64,000 bases of DNA from Candidatus Dadabacteria bacterium. Its GTDB lineage: Bacteria; Desulfobacterota_D; UBA1144; Nemesobacterales; CSP1-2. The notes under the pieces are model-generated. The model saw nothing but the letters and a program-made list of their open reading frames with translations, was not told where the DNA came from and ran no database searches. The stretch lies in NCBI GenBank assembly GCA_963805855.1, contig CAWDVW010000007.1, positions 192,001 through 256,000 of the forward strand, written 5' to 3'. This document shows, piece by piece, positions 30,704 through 40,875 of the stretch. Position numbers and translations under genes: made by a program. Numbering within the stretch: position 1 is the first letter of the stretch; each line of letters opens with the position of its first letter.

Positions 30704-31598
30704 ATGTTAAAAAGTTTTAAAATTGACTTTATTGGTATTGGGGCACCCAAATCAGGTTCGACCTGGTTATTTAATTGCTTAGGATTACATCCAAGGATAT
30801 GTTTATCAGTACCGAAAGAAATAAAATATTTCAATCACATAGACTATACGAAATATATTCGTAACTTTCAGGATAATAATTTAGTAAATAAAAATCATTA
30901 TAAACCACTTTCTTGGTATGAAAGATGTTTTAAACATTGCCATCAAGATTCTATTAAAGGAGAGTTTACACCATCATACCTCTTCGATGATAACGCTCCT
31001 TTATTAATCAGAAAGAACTTCCCCGATATTAAATTGATAGCATGCCTTAGAAATCCTATTGATAGAGCCTATTCAAGTTATTGGGCAAAAAGAAATTATA
31101 CGAAAAAGGAAAAATTATCCTTTGAAGAAGCGATAAAAGAGGGTCTAATGTATATCGAAGGCGGTTTGTATCACAAACATTTAACTCGATATCTAAACTG
31201 TTTTAGAAAGGAGCGAATTCTCATATTATTATTCGATGATATTGTTTTATGGCCAGAGAAAGAAATAAAAAAAGTATTTGAATTTCTAGATGTGGACTCA
31301 ACAGTCAAACTGAATTTGGGGGCAGTATCAATTAACAAAGTCTAAGAAAAGTTGGATTCCTTTCATTAGTTTAATCATGAAAGACTTTCCTAATTTATTA
31401 ATTGATAAGAATCTAGGGCACTTGTTACATATGGCTAGAATGGTTGGTATGAGGGAGTTTTTTTTTGGTCTGACGACAAGTCCTTTCACATATCCAGAAA
31501 TGAATCCCAATACAAGGCAATATTTGAGAAGCGTATTTGATGATGACATAAGGCAATTAGAAAAACTCTTAAATCGTGATTTATCTCAGTGGAAATAA
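30704..31598 (+). pseudogene. PAPS-dependent sulfotransferase (Sulfotransfer_1/3), split by a 1-nt frameshift
   Basis: GAPKSGST (5'-PSB), RNPIDRAYS (3'-PB). An extra A at 31337-31339 separates the C-terminal ...TRQYLRSVFDDDIRQLEKLLNRDLSQW. Confidence 0.85.
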
Positions 31599-31700
31599 AA
31601 AATACTGTCGGACAGATTGGTTGTTTCAATCTGAAAATTGCTAATCATAATTTAAAGACAGAGTGTGATAATTTCAAATATTTCATTTAATAATTACACT

Positions 31701-31781
31701 TTTGGGTTAAGTGTCGAAAAATTAAAAGATCACACGTGGCAAAATGCTCAGGTGATTAGAGAGTTTGTGCGAAAGGCATAG
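31701..31781 (+). pseudogene. Possible 3' remnant of a deleted glycosyltransferase
   Basis: Reads ...KDHTWQNAQVIREFVRKA* and stops 12 nt before the next ATG; resembles GT4 C-termini. Confidence 0.3.
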
Positions 31782-31793
31782 TCAAAAGTTATT

Positions 31794-32921
31794 ATGAGAA
31801 TATGTTTAATCTGCGTTGAGATATTCGCTTGGGGAAAGTATGGAGGGTTTGGACAAGCTACGCGGATAATTGGTCGTGAACTGGCGAAACGGGGAATTGA
31901 GGTTTTTGCCGTCGTTCCAAGGCGAAAAGGCCAGAAACCCGTAGAAGAGTTAGATGGGATTACTGTTTTAAGCTTTCAACCCAATTTCCCTTGGTCTTCA
32001 ATCGAGTTGTACAGAAAATGCAATGCAGATATTTATCATTCACAGCAACCTTCATTAGGTACTTACCTGGCGATGAAGGCAATGCCTGACCGAAAGCATA
32101 TCACTACATGCAGAGATCCAAAAAATACATATGATTGGAGAATTGAAATAGGTCTTGCTTCCCTCAGCAAACTCAAAGTTTTGGCTAGTTACCTATATGA
32201 GGACAATTTCTTAGTTAAAAAAGCTGTTATTCGTGCAGACGGTGTATTTTGTGCAGCTGACCATTTAGTCCCAAAGGTCAAATTCAAATACGATCTAAGG
32301 TCTGTTCCCTCTTTACTTCCTACACCTGTTGCCGTGCCTGGAAATGTGAAAAAAGCAATTACCCCAACTGTTTGTTTTTTAGCCCGTTGGGATAGAAGAA
32401 AAAGACCAGAATTATTCTTTGAACTGGCAAGGGAATTTCCACGAATTATATTCATTGGAATTGGTATAGCTCAGGATAGTAAGTGGGATAATTACCTTAG
32501 AAAAGCATATTCGAAGTTGCCGAATCTGGAGATGACTGGTTTTATAGATCAGTTTTCTACAAATGATTTATCTAGCATTCTTGAAAAAAGTTGGGTCTTA
32601 GTGAATACCTCAATGAGAGAAGGTTTACCCGTTTCATTCTTGGAGGCTGCTGCAAATAGATGTGCAATACTTAGTGGAGTGGACCCAGATGGTTTTGCAT
32701 CAAAGTTTGGATACTGTGTTAAAGATGATAATTTTGTAGAGGGGTTGGAATTTCTATTGGAGGATGACAGGTGGAAGGAAAGAGGAGAATACGGGTATGA
32801 ATACATAAAAGAAACATTTGAAATGAACAAGGCTATTAATAGGCATATCGATGTATATGAGCAAGTTTTAAGTAAAAAACCTCGTGCTTCTGTCACGGGG
32901 TTTTTTGCTCGTATTGTTTAA
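31794..32921 (+). CDS. Glycosyltransferase family 4
   Basis: GKYGGFG, RKRPE, REGLPVSFLEAAA. Confidence 0.92.
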   Translation: MRICLICVEIFAWGKYGGFGQATRIIGRELAKRGIEVFAVVPRRKGQKPVEELDGITVLSFQPNFPWSSIELYRKCNADIYHSQQPSLGTYLAMKAMPDRKHITTCRDPKNTYDWRIEIGLASLSKLKVLASYLYEDNFLVKKAVIRADGVFCAADHLVPKVKFKYDLRSVPSLLPTPVAVPGNVKKAITPTVCFLARWDRRKRPELFFELAREFPRIIFIGIGIAQDSKWDNYLRKAYSKLPNLEMTGFIDQFSTNDLSSILEKSWVLVNTSMREGLPVSFLEAAANRCAILSGVDPDGFASKFGYCVKDDNFVEGLEFLLEDDRWKERGEYGYEYIKETFEMNKAINRHIDVYEQVLSKKPRASVTGFFARIV

Positions 32922-32926
32922 ATAGA

Positions 32927-34549
32927 ATGAATAAGAAAACTGAAAAAGGTAACAAGGATAAGAATCCTGTATTCGTGATTGGATTAGATGGTGCTGAGTA
33001 CTCTCTAATACAGAAGTGGTCTCGGGACGGGTATCTACCGGCAATTACTTCGCTAATTGATAAAGGTTGCTGGGGGATTTTAGATTCAACAGGAGATATA
33101 TGCAGCGGTACCGTGTGGCCTAGTACTATTACTGGTCTATCACCATATAAGCACGGGGTTTTTTATGGACATCGGGAGTTTAAAAGTGGTACATATAGAA
33201 TATATAGGAAGTACCCTGATCAGGTAGATGGTATTCATTTTTGGTACTGGCTTAGCAAGGCAGGAAAAAGGCTTGCTATTTTTGACATACCTCATACATA
33301 TCCATTTAAGGGACTTGATGGGATCCAGATAGTCGCCTGGGGAGCTTTTTCGCCAAGCTGGAAGATGTCTTCTTGGCCCCCTGGACTTATCAAAGATCTT
33401 GTATCACGATTTGGAACTCATCCTCTATCGGGTTGGTATGAAAGAGTGCCTAAAACGATAGATGATTACCAGGAAATATGCTCAAAATTAATTTCTGGAG
33501 TGAAGAAAAGGAGTGAAATCTCTGCTTATCTTTTGAAAAAAGAAATTTGGGATATCTTTTTGGTGTCCTTTTCAGAAACTCATTGGGCCGGACATCTGCT
33601 TTGGCATCTGGTAGACGAGCGACATCCTTTTTACAAACCACAGTCTCCGGATTCCATAAAAAATTTAGTTCGTGACCTTTACTCGGCAATTGATTCTACT
33701 ATATCAAAACTTTTCGAAGCATACCCAAATGCTACTTTTCTAATATTCTCTCCAGAAGGTATGGGACCAAATTTTAGTGGAAACCATCTTTTGCCTGAAA
33801 TTCTAAACAGACTGGGTATGGGAAGAACCATGCAAGATAAAAAACTATCTGCAGGATTATCAATTTTTGCTGAGAAAATAAGCCAGTTAATGCCGGGTAA
33901 AAAAACGGGATCCAAGGTAATTAGGACTGTCGAAAGATTAATACCTTTTAAAGTAATAGAATTAGCAAAAAAAACGATTCCTAAAAAGATTTGGGATAAT
34001 TGGACTCGTCGCCTAGTTTATGCGGGAAATGATTGGCGAAGTAGCAAAGCCTTCATGATACCAGGTGAGTACTCTGGTGCGATCCGAATAAATCTCAAGG
34101 ATCGTGAACCCAATGGATTAGTACAACCTGGAAAGGAATATGATGAGGTCTGTGAAGAACTTATTGAAAGACTAACTTGTTTGGTCAATGTTGATACGGG
34201 GCAACCTGCCGTAGATGAGGTCGTGAGATTGGATAAGGTGTTCAACACTAATGATGTTAAGCACTTTCCCGATATTTTAGTGAAGTGGAAAGGAGATGCA
34301 CCTATAAAGCAGTTATACTCCGAACGAATTGGAACAATTCATGGGGAAAGCAATGAGGTGAGATCGGGAGCTCATAGACCTCATGGATTTCTGATAGCTA
34401 GTGGAAAGGGGATTTGTAAGGGGAAAGTTGTAACAGGGGGCAACATAATGGATTTGGCGCCTACTATTCTATATCTTCTAGGACAATCAATTCCCGCGGA
34501 AATGGATGGGAAGGTTTTAATGGATATGTTTGACAAAAAATCTCAATAG
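32927..34549 (+). CDS. Alkaline phosphatase superfamily (type I phosphodiesterase/NPP-like) protein A
   Basis: IGLDGA, W.S..TG..P.KHG, INLKDREPNG, GAHRPHG, DLAPTIL..LG...P..MDG. Confidence 0.9.
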   Translation: MNKKTEKGNKDKNPVFVIGLDGAEYSLIQKWSRDGYLPAITSLIDKGCWGILDSTGDICSGTVWPSTITGLSPYKHGVFYGHREFKSGTYRIYRKYPDQVDGIHFWYWLSKAGKRLAIFDIPHTYPFKGLDGIQIVAWGAFSPSWKMSSWPPGLIKDLVSRFGTHPLSGWYERVPKTIDDYQEICSKLISGVKKRSEISAYLLKKEIWDIFLVSFSETHWAGHLLWHLVDERHPFYKPQSPDSIKNLVRDLYSAIDSTISKLFEAYPNATFLIFSPEGMGPNFSGNHLLPEILNRLGMGRTMQDKKLSAGLSIFAEKISQLMPGKKTGSKVIRTVERLIPFKVIELAKKTIPKKIWDNWTRRLVYAGNDWRSSKAFMIPGEYSGAIRINLKDREPNGLVQPGKEYDEVCEELIERLTCLVNVDTGQPAVDEVVRLDKVFNTNDVKHFPDILVKWKGDAPIKQLYSERIGTIHGESNEVRSGAHRPHGFLIASGKGICKGKVVTGGNIMDLAPTILYLLGQSIPAEMDGKVLMDMFDKKSQ

Positions 34550-34649
34550 ATATCCTTAACCTTTCGTGTAATGACAGAGGTCATATTTAATACAGTCTTT
34601 TTCTCAAGTTTCTTTTTAATTTTATTTATACACAAAAGGTGGTTTTTAA

Positions 34650-36203
34650 TTGTATAAAAAGCCAAGGGTGCTTGTAATTTGTGTCGCTGAAGCTACCCTA
34701 GATCTTATTACTCCGTGGGCCGAATTCGGAAAGTTGCCTACATTTCGTACATTGGCGACGGAGGGGGTTTCAGGCCCCCTTCGCTCGCAGATTCCAATCA
34801 GTATTCCCCAGTTGTGGGGAACAATTGTCACCGGAAGGTCTCCAGGCCATCACGGACTGTTTGATTTTTGGCAGCGTGGCCCTGACGGAGCGTTTCATGA
34901 AATCAATAGCTCTCACATCCAATCAAAAACGGTATGGAAAATCATTAGTGAGAATGGACTAAGGTCTGGGATAGTAAATATTCCAATTGTTTATCCACCT
35001 GAAAAAATTAATGGTTTTATGATATCGGGAGAAGTTGCCCCCGGTGCCCATCGTTCTATAGCCTATCCATCCAGTCTATACGATGAGATCGTCGATAAAT
35101 TTGGCAGGTATCGTCTCAAGGACATATTTCCAGGCGGACGCCAAAAATCTGATTATCTTGGATTGATCGAGGAGGATGTCGCTAAGCAGACGGAGGTCCT
35201 TGAATATCTCATATCCAGGAAGGAGTGGGACTTTTTCTTTACTTTCTATAGTGCTACTGCTATAGCTCAACATTATTTTTGGTCAGATATGGAAACCGGA
35301 GATGAAAATAATCCCTTTCGAAGTGTAATTGAAAGTGCATACAGGTGTATTGATTCAGCACTAGGCCGTTTAATCAACGGGGCGGGCCCGGATACCACAG
35401 TCTTTGTAATCTCTGAATGTGGTGCAGGACCTTTGTATTCAGGTGTTCAGATCAATTCATGGCTAGAGAAAGAAGGCTTTTTAACTCGTAAGAGAAGAAC
35501 ATCAGAAGCATTGATTGGATCAACGCCATTAAGCTATATTCAATACTGGTTACGTGGAATTGTTGCTGAATTTAGAAAAGATGCTCAGGGATTCCTCCCT
35601 AAATCTGCCTTTTACTGGATGAATCATAATATGAAGAGTATCAAAGCATGGATTCAAACTTATTTATCTAGTTCGGATATTGATTGGTATAGAACTAAGG
35701 CCTTTTCACGAGGGAAGGAGGGAAACATATATATAAATTTGAGGGGGCGAGACCCCCATGGGGTTGTCAATCCTGGATCGGGTTATGAAAGCCTAAGGGA
35801 AGAGATTGTTAAACGTTTAAATCAACTTATCGATCCTAGTACAGGGATTAGGGCTGTTGAAAACGTTTACTGCCGCGAAGAACTTTACGATGGTCCGATG
35901 GTCGAATGGGCACCTGATTTGATTATCGAGTGGCGTGATACCGCTTACGAGCCAACAGAGAGCGATCGGGACAGGGACTCTATTTTTGTAACACGTTGGC
36001 GTGAATATATGAATTGGCCGACATCTGGAAGCCATAGGATTGATGGGGTTTTATTCGCAAAGGGCCCTCGAATTGATAAATCAAAAAAGGTAGAGGATGC
36101 GCGTATAATAGACATGATGCCAACGTGGCTATATTGTTTGGATCAACGAATTCCCTCTGAGTTAGAGGGCCGTGTGATTTTAGAGCTTTTCGATGATCAT
36201 TAG
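34650..36203 (+). CDS. Alkaline phosphatase superfamily protein B (divergent)
   Basis: TGRSPGHHGLFDF, INLRGRDP.G, GSHRIDG, DMMPTWL; TTG start. Confidence 0.88.
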   Translation: MYKKPRVLVICVAEATLDLITPWAEFGKLPTFRTLATEGVSGPLRSQIPISIPQLWGTIVTGRSPGHHGLFDFWQRGPDGAFHEINSSHIQSKTVWKIISENGLRSGIVNIPIVYPPEKINGFMISGEVAPGAHRSIAYPSSLYDEIVDKFGRYRLKDIFPGGRQKSDYLGLIEEDVAKQTEVLEYLISRKEWDFFFTFYSATAIAQHYFWSDMETGDENNPFRSVIESAYRCIDSALGRLINGAGPDTTVFVISECGAGPLYSGVQINSWLEKEGFLTRKRRTSEALIGSTPLSYIQYWLRGIVAEFRKDAQGFLPKSAFYWMNHNMKSIKAWIQTYLSSSDIDWYRTKAFSRGKEGNIYINLRGRDPHGVVNPGSGYESLREEIVKRLNQLIDPSTGIRAVENVYCREELYDGPMVEWAPDLIIEWRDTAYEPTESDRDRDSIFVTRWREYMNWPTSGSHRIDGVLFAKGPRIDKSKKVEDARIIDMMPTWLYCLDQRIPSELEGRVILELFDDH

Positions 36204-36239
36204 GTGATGAAACAAGTCACGGAATTTGGGGGAGTGAAA

Positions 36240-37226
36240 ATGAATTACAGATCATTTGGTAGTACAGGTTTAAAGGTTTCAGAGATAGGGTTTGGGTGTT
36301 CACGTATTGGCGGAGGTGTAATAAAAAAGGATAATACGGAATCAATTCGACTTCTGCTCAGGGCATATGAGCTAGGTGTGAATTTTTATGATACTGCTGA
36401 TACATATACAAATGGTCGAAGTGAAAAACTGATCGGAAGAGCCTTTAAAGATCTAAGAAGCCACATAGTAATTGCCAGCAAAGTGGGAATGGTACACTCG
36501 TCTCTTTATCGTTTAGGTAAGACTTTATTACCTGCTCTAACACCAATTCACCGTGTAATCGAACCTTGGAAGAGTACTCTTAAGAAAGTATCAAAACGCA
36601 GGCAAGAATTTTCACCTTTATATATAAAAAAATCTATAGAAGAAAGCTTAAGTAGGCTAAAAACAGACTATCTCGACTTATATCAGCTTCACAGCCCTCC
36701 GACGTCGATAATAGAACGGGGAGAAGTATGTGAAACTCTAGATCTTCTAAAGTCTCAGGGCAAAATTCGATTTTATGGGATATCTGCTAAAACGATCGGC
36801 GATGCTATTTTGTCTCTAAAATATATAAATATCTCTTCCCTCCAAGTTGAGTTTAATCTCTTACAGCAGGAGGCTTCAAAAGAGCTCTTTCCCCTAGTGG
36901 AGGAGGAAAAAATCGCAATTATTGTTCGAGTTCCTTTAGCAAGGGGGTTGCTTACAAAAAATATGACTGACAAAAGGGGCGAGGTCTTGAATAGAAGAGA
37001 GTTACAAATATCAAGGGCAAAGGCGACAGGACTATCCTTTCTGGTGAATGAGAAGCGTGACCTGGCTCAGGCAGCACTCCGATTTGTCTTAAGCCATCCC
37101 CAGGTCTCTGTGGCAATTCCGGGGATAAGCCAAGTAAAACACTTAGAGGATAATATCAGAGCCTTAGAAGCCCCACCGCTGACAGGAGAAGCACTGGAAA
37201 AGATTGCTTTATTGAATAATCACTGA
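36240..37226 (+). CDS. Aldo/keto reductase, catalytic tetrad intact
   Basis: G.TGLKVSEIGFG, YDTADTY, ASKVG, LYQLHSP. Confidence 0.92.
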   Translation: MNYRSFGSTGLKVSEIGFGCSRIGGGVIKKDNTESIRLLLRAYELGVNFYDTADTYTNGRSEKLIGRAFKDLRSHIVIASKVGMVHSSLYRLGKTLLPALTPIHRVIEPWKSTLKKVSKRRQEFSPLYIKKSIEESLSRLKTDYLDLYQLHSPPTSIIERGEVCETLDLLKSQGKIRFYGISAKTIGDAILSLKYINISSLQVEFNLLQQEASKELFPLVEEEKIAIIVRVPLARGLLTKNMTDKRGEVLNRRELQISRAKATGLSFLVNEKRDLAQAALRFVLSHPQVSVAIPGISQVKHLEDNIRALEAPPLTGEALEKIALLNNH

Positions 37227-37310
37227 TGGTTCTTTCAGGGAACGATTAATACAAAGAATTCGAAAGTATGCAATTAAAAGACAAATCAAATAGTGTAAAA
37301 AAGACCAGCG

Positions 37311-38894
37311 ATGAGAAGTGACCCTATAATAGTTATTGGATTCAATGGCGCGGAGCATCAGCTGATCCAAAAATGGTCAGACGAAGGATACTTACCGACA
37401 ATTGCCTCTCTAATGGAACGTGGCTGCTGGGGTAGGATAAATTCTACTGGGGATATATCCAGTGGGTCTGTATGGCCCACTTTTTTAACCGGCGTTTCTC
37501 CTGCTAAACATGGCGTATTTTACGGACATCGAGAGCTAAAGATAGGTACATATCAGATATACAAAAAATACGCCGACCAAATCAAAAGTAAACCCTTCTG
37601 GTACAGGCTGAGCAAAGCCGGGAAAAGGATAGCTATCTTCGACATTCCTTATACCCATCCGCTTAAGGGACTTAATGGGATTCAGATAGTAGCATGGGGA
37701 GCTTTTGCTCCAAGCTGGAAGATCTCATCTTGGCCTCCTCGACTTATCAAGGAAATTTTAACACGATTTGGCGACCATCCTCTCGCAAGTTGGTATGAGC
37801 AAAGACTTAAAACCATCAACGAGTATGAGGAGTTTTTCAAAAGGTTGATTTCAGGGGTGGAGAAAAGAGGTCTAATCTCGGCGTATCTCCTAAACCAAGA
37901 GCCTTGGGACTTCTTTTTAATGGCGTTTTCAGAAGCGCACTGGGCAGGACACCTACTTTGGCATGTCATGGATGATAAACATCCTGATCATAACCCTCGG
38001 ATAGCTGAGACCTTTAAAAATGCAATTCGAGACGTTTACTCGGCAATCTCAAGACTTATTGAAATTATCCCCCAAGCTACCGTTTTCATTTTCTCTCTGG
38101 ATGGTATGGGGGCTAACTACAGTGGGAAGCATCTGCTGCCTGAGATTCTTAAAAGAATTGGTATGATTGAAAGGCCCGCTCAACCTAAAAAGCAATCCAG
38201 AATCGTATCGAGCACACTTGTTACCATAAATCAGTTGATGCCGACTGGGAGATGGGGATATAACTCTATTAGAAATGTTGAGAGTTTAATCTCTATCAGG
38301 CTAATAGAGATCGCTAAGAAGTTGCTGCCACAGAAGTTTTGGGATTATTGGACTAGTCGCACTCTTTATGCCGGTAACGATTGGCGATGGAGTAAAGCCT
38401 TCTGTGTGCCAAACGAATTCCATGGATCAATCCGAATTAATCTTAGAGGCCGCGAGCCTAATGGGTTAATTGAACCTGGTATGGAGTACGACGAACTTTG
38501 TGAGGAACTCACCGAAAAACTTAGTAGCTTGGTAAACGTAGATACGGGAGGAAATGCTGTCAGTGAGGTTATAAGGTTGGACCGGTTCTATCAAGGAGAG
38601 AATATCTCTGAGCTTCCGGATCTCGTTGTAAAATGGGTAGGAGATGCACCGATCAGGGCACTGCATTCTCCACACGTGGGCACCATTAAGGGGGAACCTC
38701 TCGATTTTCGGACAGGAGCGCATAGACCGGATGGCTTTCTAATAGCTTCTGGAAAGGAAATCTGTAAGAGAAAAGTCTTAGAAAATGGGAGTGTTATGGA
38801 TATAGCACACACTATCTTATACCTAATGGGTCAATCTGTTTCCCGAGAAATAGAGGGTAAGGTTTTGATCGATATAGTAGCTGAAAACTTTTAG
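37311..38894 (+). CDS. Alkaline phosphatase superfamily protein A' (close paralog of 32927-34549)
   Basis: Long near-identical blocks, e.g. GIQIVAWGAF.PSWK.SSWPP, HWAGHLLWH, YAGNDWR.SKAF. Confidence 0.9.
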   Translation: MRSDPIIVIGFNGAEHQLIQKWSDEGYLPTIASLMERGCWGRINSTGDISSGSVWPTFLTGVSPAKHGVFYGHRELKIGTYQIYKKYADQIKSKPFWYRLSKAGKRIAIFDIPYTHPLKGLNGIQIVAWGAFAPSWKISSWPPRLIKEILTRFGDHPLASWYEQRLKTINEYEEFFKRLISGVEKRGLISAYLLNQEPWDFFLMAFSEAHWAGHLLWHVMDDKHPDHNPRIAETFKNAIRDVYSAISRLIEIIPQATVFIFSLDGMGANYSGKHLLPEILKRIGMIERPAQPKKQSRIVSSTLVTINQLMPTGRWGYNSIRNVESLISIRLIEIAKKLLPQKFWDYWTSRTLYAGNDWRWSKAFCVPNEFHGSIRINLRGREPNGLIEPGMEYDELCEELTEKLSSLVNVDTGGNAVSEVIRLDRFYQGENISELPDLVVKWVGDAPIRALHSPHVGTIKGEPLDFRTGAHRPDGFLIASGKEICKRKVLENGSVMDIAHTILYLMGQSVSREIEGKVLIDIVAENF

Positions 38895-38951
38895 AGTTTT
38901 TCGATGCTCGTTCGTTGGTGAAAAGAGCAATTGAGATTTGAGAGGGTTCGC

Positions 38952-39944
38952 ATGAATTATAGATTGTTTGGGCAAACTGACTTAAGCGTCTCTGAGATTG
39001 GATTAAGCTGTGCATCGTTGGCTGGAGGCCTATACTATAAAAATGATCGTGAGTCTCTAATGACTTTGCTGCAGGCTTTTGATTCAGGCATCAATTTCTT
39101 TGAGACCTCTGATTCCTGGGGTCAGGGAAACAGTGAAAGGCTTGTTGGTGAAGCATTTAGAGGCAGAAGGGATAGTATCATAATCACAGGTAGAGTAGGT
39201 GTTGATTTTTCGACCTTAGGAAATCTCGCTTTGAGAACGAGAACCCTGCTCCGGCCTGTAAGTCGCTTTCTTCGCCCAATGAGTGGCTACCTTTACAAGG
39301 TCCGCACATCGCAGAAGCGAAAGGATTTTTCACAAAAACACCTAACGGAAGCGATTCACGGAAGCCTGAAGCGTCTACAGACCGACCATTTAGATCTTTA
39401 CCAATTGTACGGACCGCCGTCATCTGTGTTAGAAGAAGGGGATTTCTGTGAAACATTTGAGAACCTAAAGGCTCAGGGAAAACTCAGATATTATGGTGTC
39501 GTCTGTGATACAGTCAATGATGCTTTAATCTGTTTAAGTCTTCCTGGCATCTCTTCGATTCAAGTCGATATTAGTCTATTAGACCAAGAGGCTATCACTA
39601 AGGTTTTACCTTTAGCATCGGAGAGGAAACTAGCTGTAATTGCTGGTCATCCCCGAGCAATGGGTCTTTTAACAAATGATCTTAGCGACATTATGGGAGA
39701 TACCTCATCATACAACCGAACAGAATTAGTAAATAGAAAAAACAGAGCCAGGTCGTTGCAGTTCCTTACCAAAGAAAATCGCACATTGGCTCAATCCGCA
39801 CTCCGGTTTGTCTTGCAGCTTGATGGAGTCTCAATTGCGCTGCCACGAGCTATAGATCGCGTGCAGCTCGATGAAAATCTCGGAGCGCTGTCTGCTCCGC
39901 ATCTGATGAAGGAAGAACTTGAAAAGATTCGCTTGTTGTCATAA
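38952..39944 (+). CDS. Aldo/keto reductase-fold protein with a substituted catalytic tetrad
   Basis: FETSDSW, TGRVG, LYQLYGP in place of DTADxY, K and H. Confidence 0.88.
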   Translation: MNYRLFGQTDLSVSEIGLSCASLAGGLYYKNDRESLMTLLQAFDSGINFFETSDSWGQGNSERLVGEAFRGRRDSIIITGRVGVDFSTLGNLALRTRTLLRPVSRFLRPMSGYLYKVRTSQKRKDFSQKHLTEAIHGSLKRLQTDHLDLYQLYGPPSSVLEEGDFCETFENLKAQGKLRYYGVVCDTVNDALICLSLPGISSIQVDISLLDQEAITKVLPLASERKLAVIAGHPRAMGLLTNDLSDIMGDTSSYNRTELVNRKNRARSLQFLTKENRTLAQSALRFVLQLDGVSIALPRAIDRVQLDENLGALSAPHLMKEELEKIRLLS

Positions 39945-40029
39945 TAGCAGGCTTACCAGAAATTAAGTAAATTGAGGAAGTTCACTAGCAAATCTCTTAA
40001 GAACCTGCATAATTAGGGTTTGTTAAGAT

Positions 40030-40875
40030 ATGACGAATTATTCTGAAGCCGGTAGTTGGCTAGCAAAGGAAGTAGGTCAGGTAGAAGAGCGAATAAGTCT
40101 ATCTAGGGCTTCACTTCGTCTGGCTAAGTGTGTCGAGTATCCAAACCTAATAGTTGATAACTATTTGCTGCGAATAGATGAGATGGCAGCCGAAATCGGG
40201 TCCCGCTTAGGCTGTGACACCAGCGATCCGAATTCGTTGATAGATTCAATCAATAATTATTTGTTTGTAGAACAGGGATTCCATGGTAATGCGGCCGACT
40301 ATTATGATCCTAGAAATAGTTTCTTAAATGATGTTATGGATAGAAAAACAGGAATTCCAATTACGCTTTCTACGCTCTATATTGAACTTGCAAGCAGGGT
40401 GGGGCTGAAATTAAATGGGGTAGGTGTCCCGGGACACTTTATTGTTAAATATTCGGGACCAGGCGATGAGATACTGATTGACCCCTTTAACAAGGGCAAG
40501 GTACTATCGGAGATAAACTGCCAGGATATTCTTAATAGGATGTACGGGGGTGGGGTCCGATTTAGAAGAGAAATGTTAGCTCCTTCCACGAATAAGCAAA
40601 TACTTAGCAGAATGCTGAATAATTTGAAAGGAATATATGTCGATTCTAAAAATCATCAAAAGGCTCTTTCAGTTGTTGAATTGATTCTTGAATTAAATCC
40701 TGATAGTGTTTCGGAAGTAAGAGATAGAGGATTACTTTACTATGAGCTGGAATGCTTTTCCCAGGCACTTCATGGTCTGGAAACCTATCTTAATCTATCT
40801 CCTGATGCTCCTGATCGTGACGTGATTACTAATATTGTTTCACGATTAAGGGATGTAGTGAAATTGATTAACTAA
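40030..40875 (+). CDS. SirB1/YchA family transglutaminase-like protein with TPR
   Basis: YYDPRNSFL..V..RKTGIPITLS, PGHF, IL.RML.NLK, RDRGLL. Confidence 0.92.
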   Translation: MTNYSEAGSWLAKEVGQVEERISLSRASLRLAKCVEYPNLIVDNYLLRIDEMAAEIGSRLGCDTSDPNSLIDSINNYLFVEQGFHGNAADYYDPRNSFLNDVMDRKTGIPITLSTLYIELASRVGLKLNGVGVPGHFIVKYSGPGDEILIDPFNKGKVLSEINCQDILNRMYGGGVRFRREMLAPSTNKQILSRMLNNLKGIYVDSKNHQKALSVVELILELNPDSVSEVRDRGLLYYELECFSQALHGLETYLNLSPDAPDRDVITNIVSRLRDVVKLIN

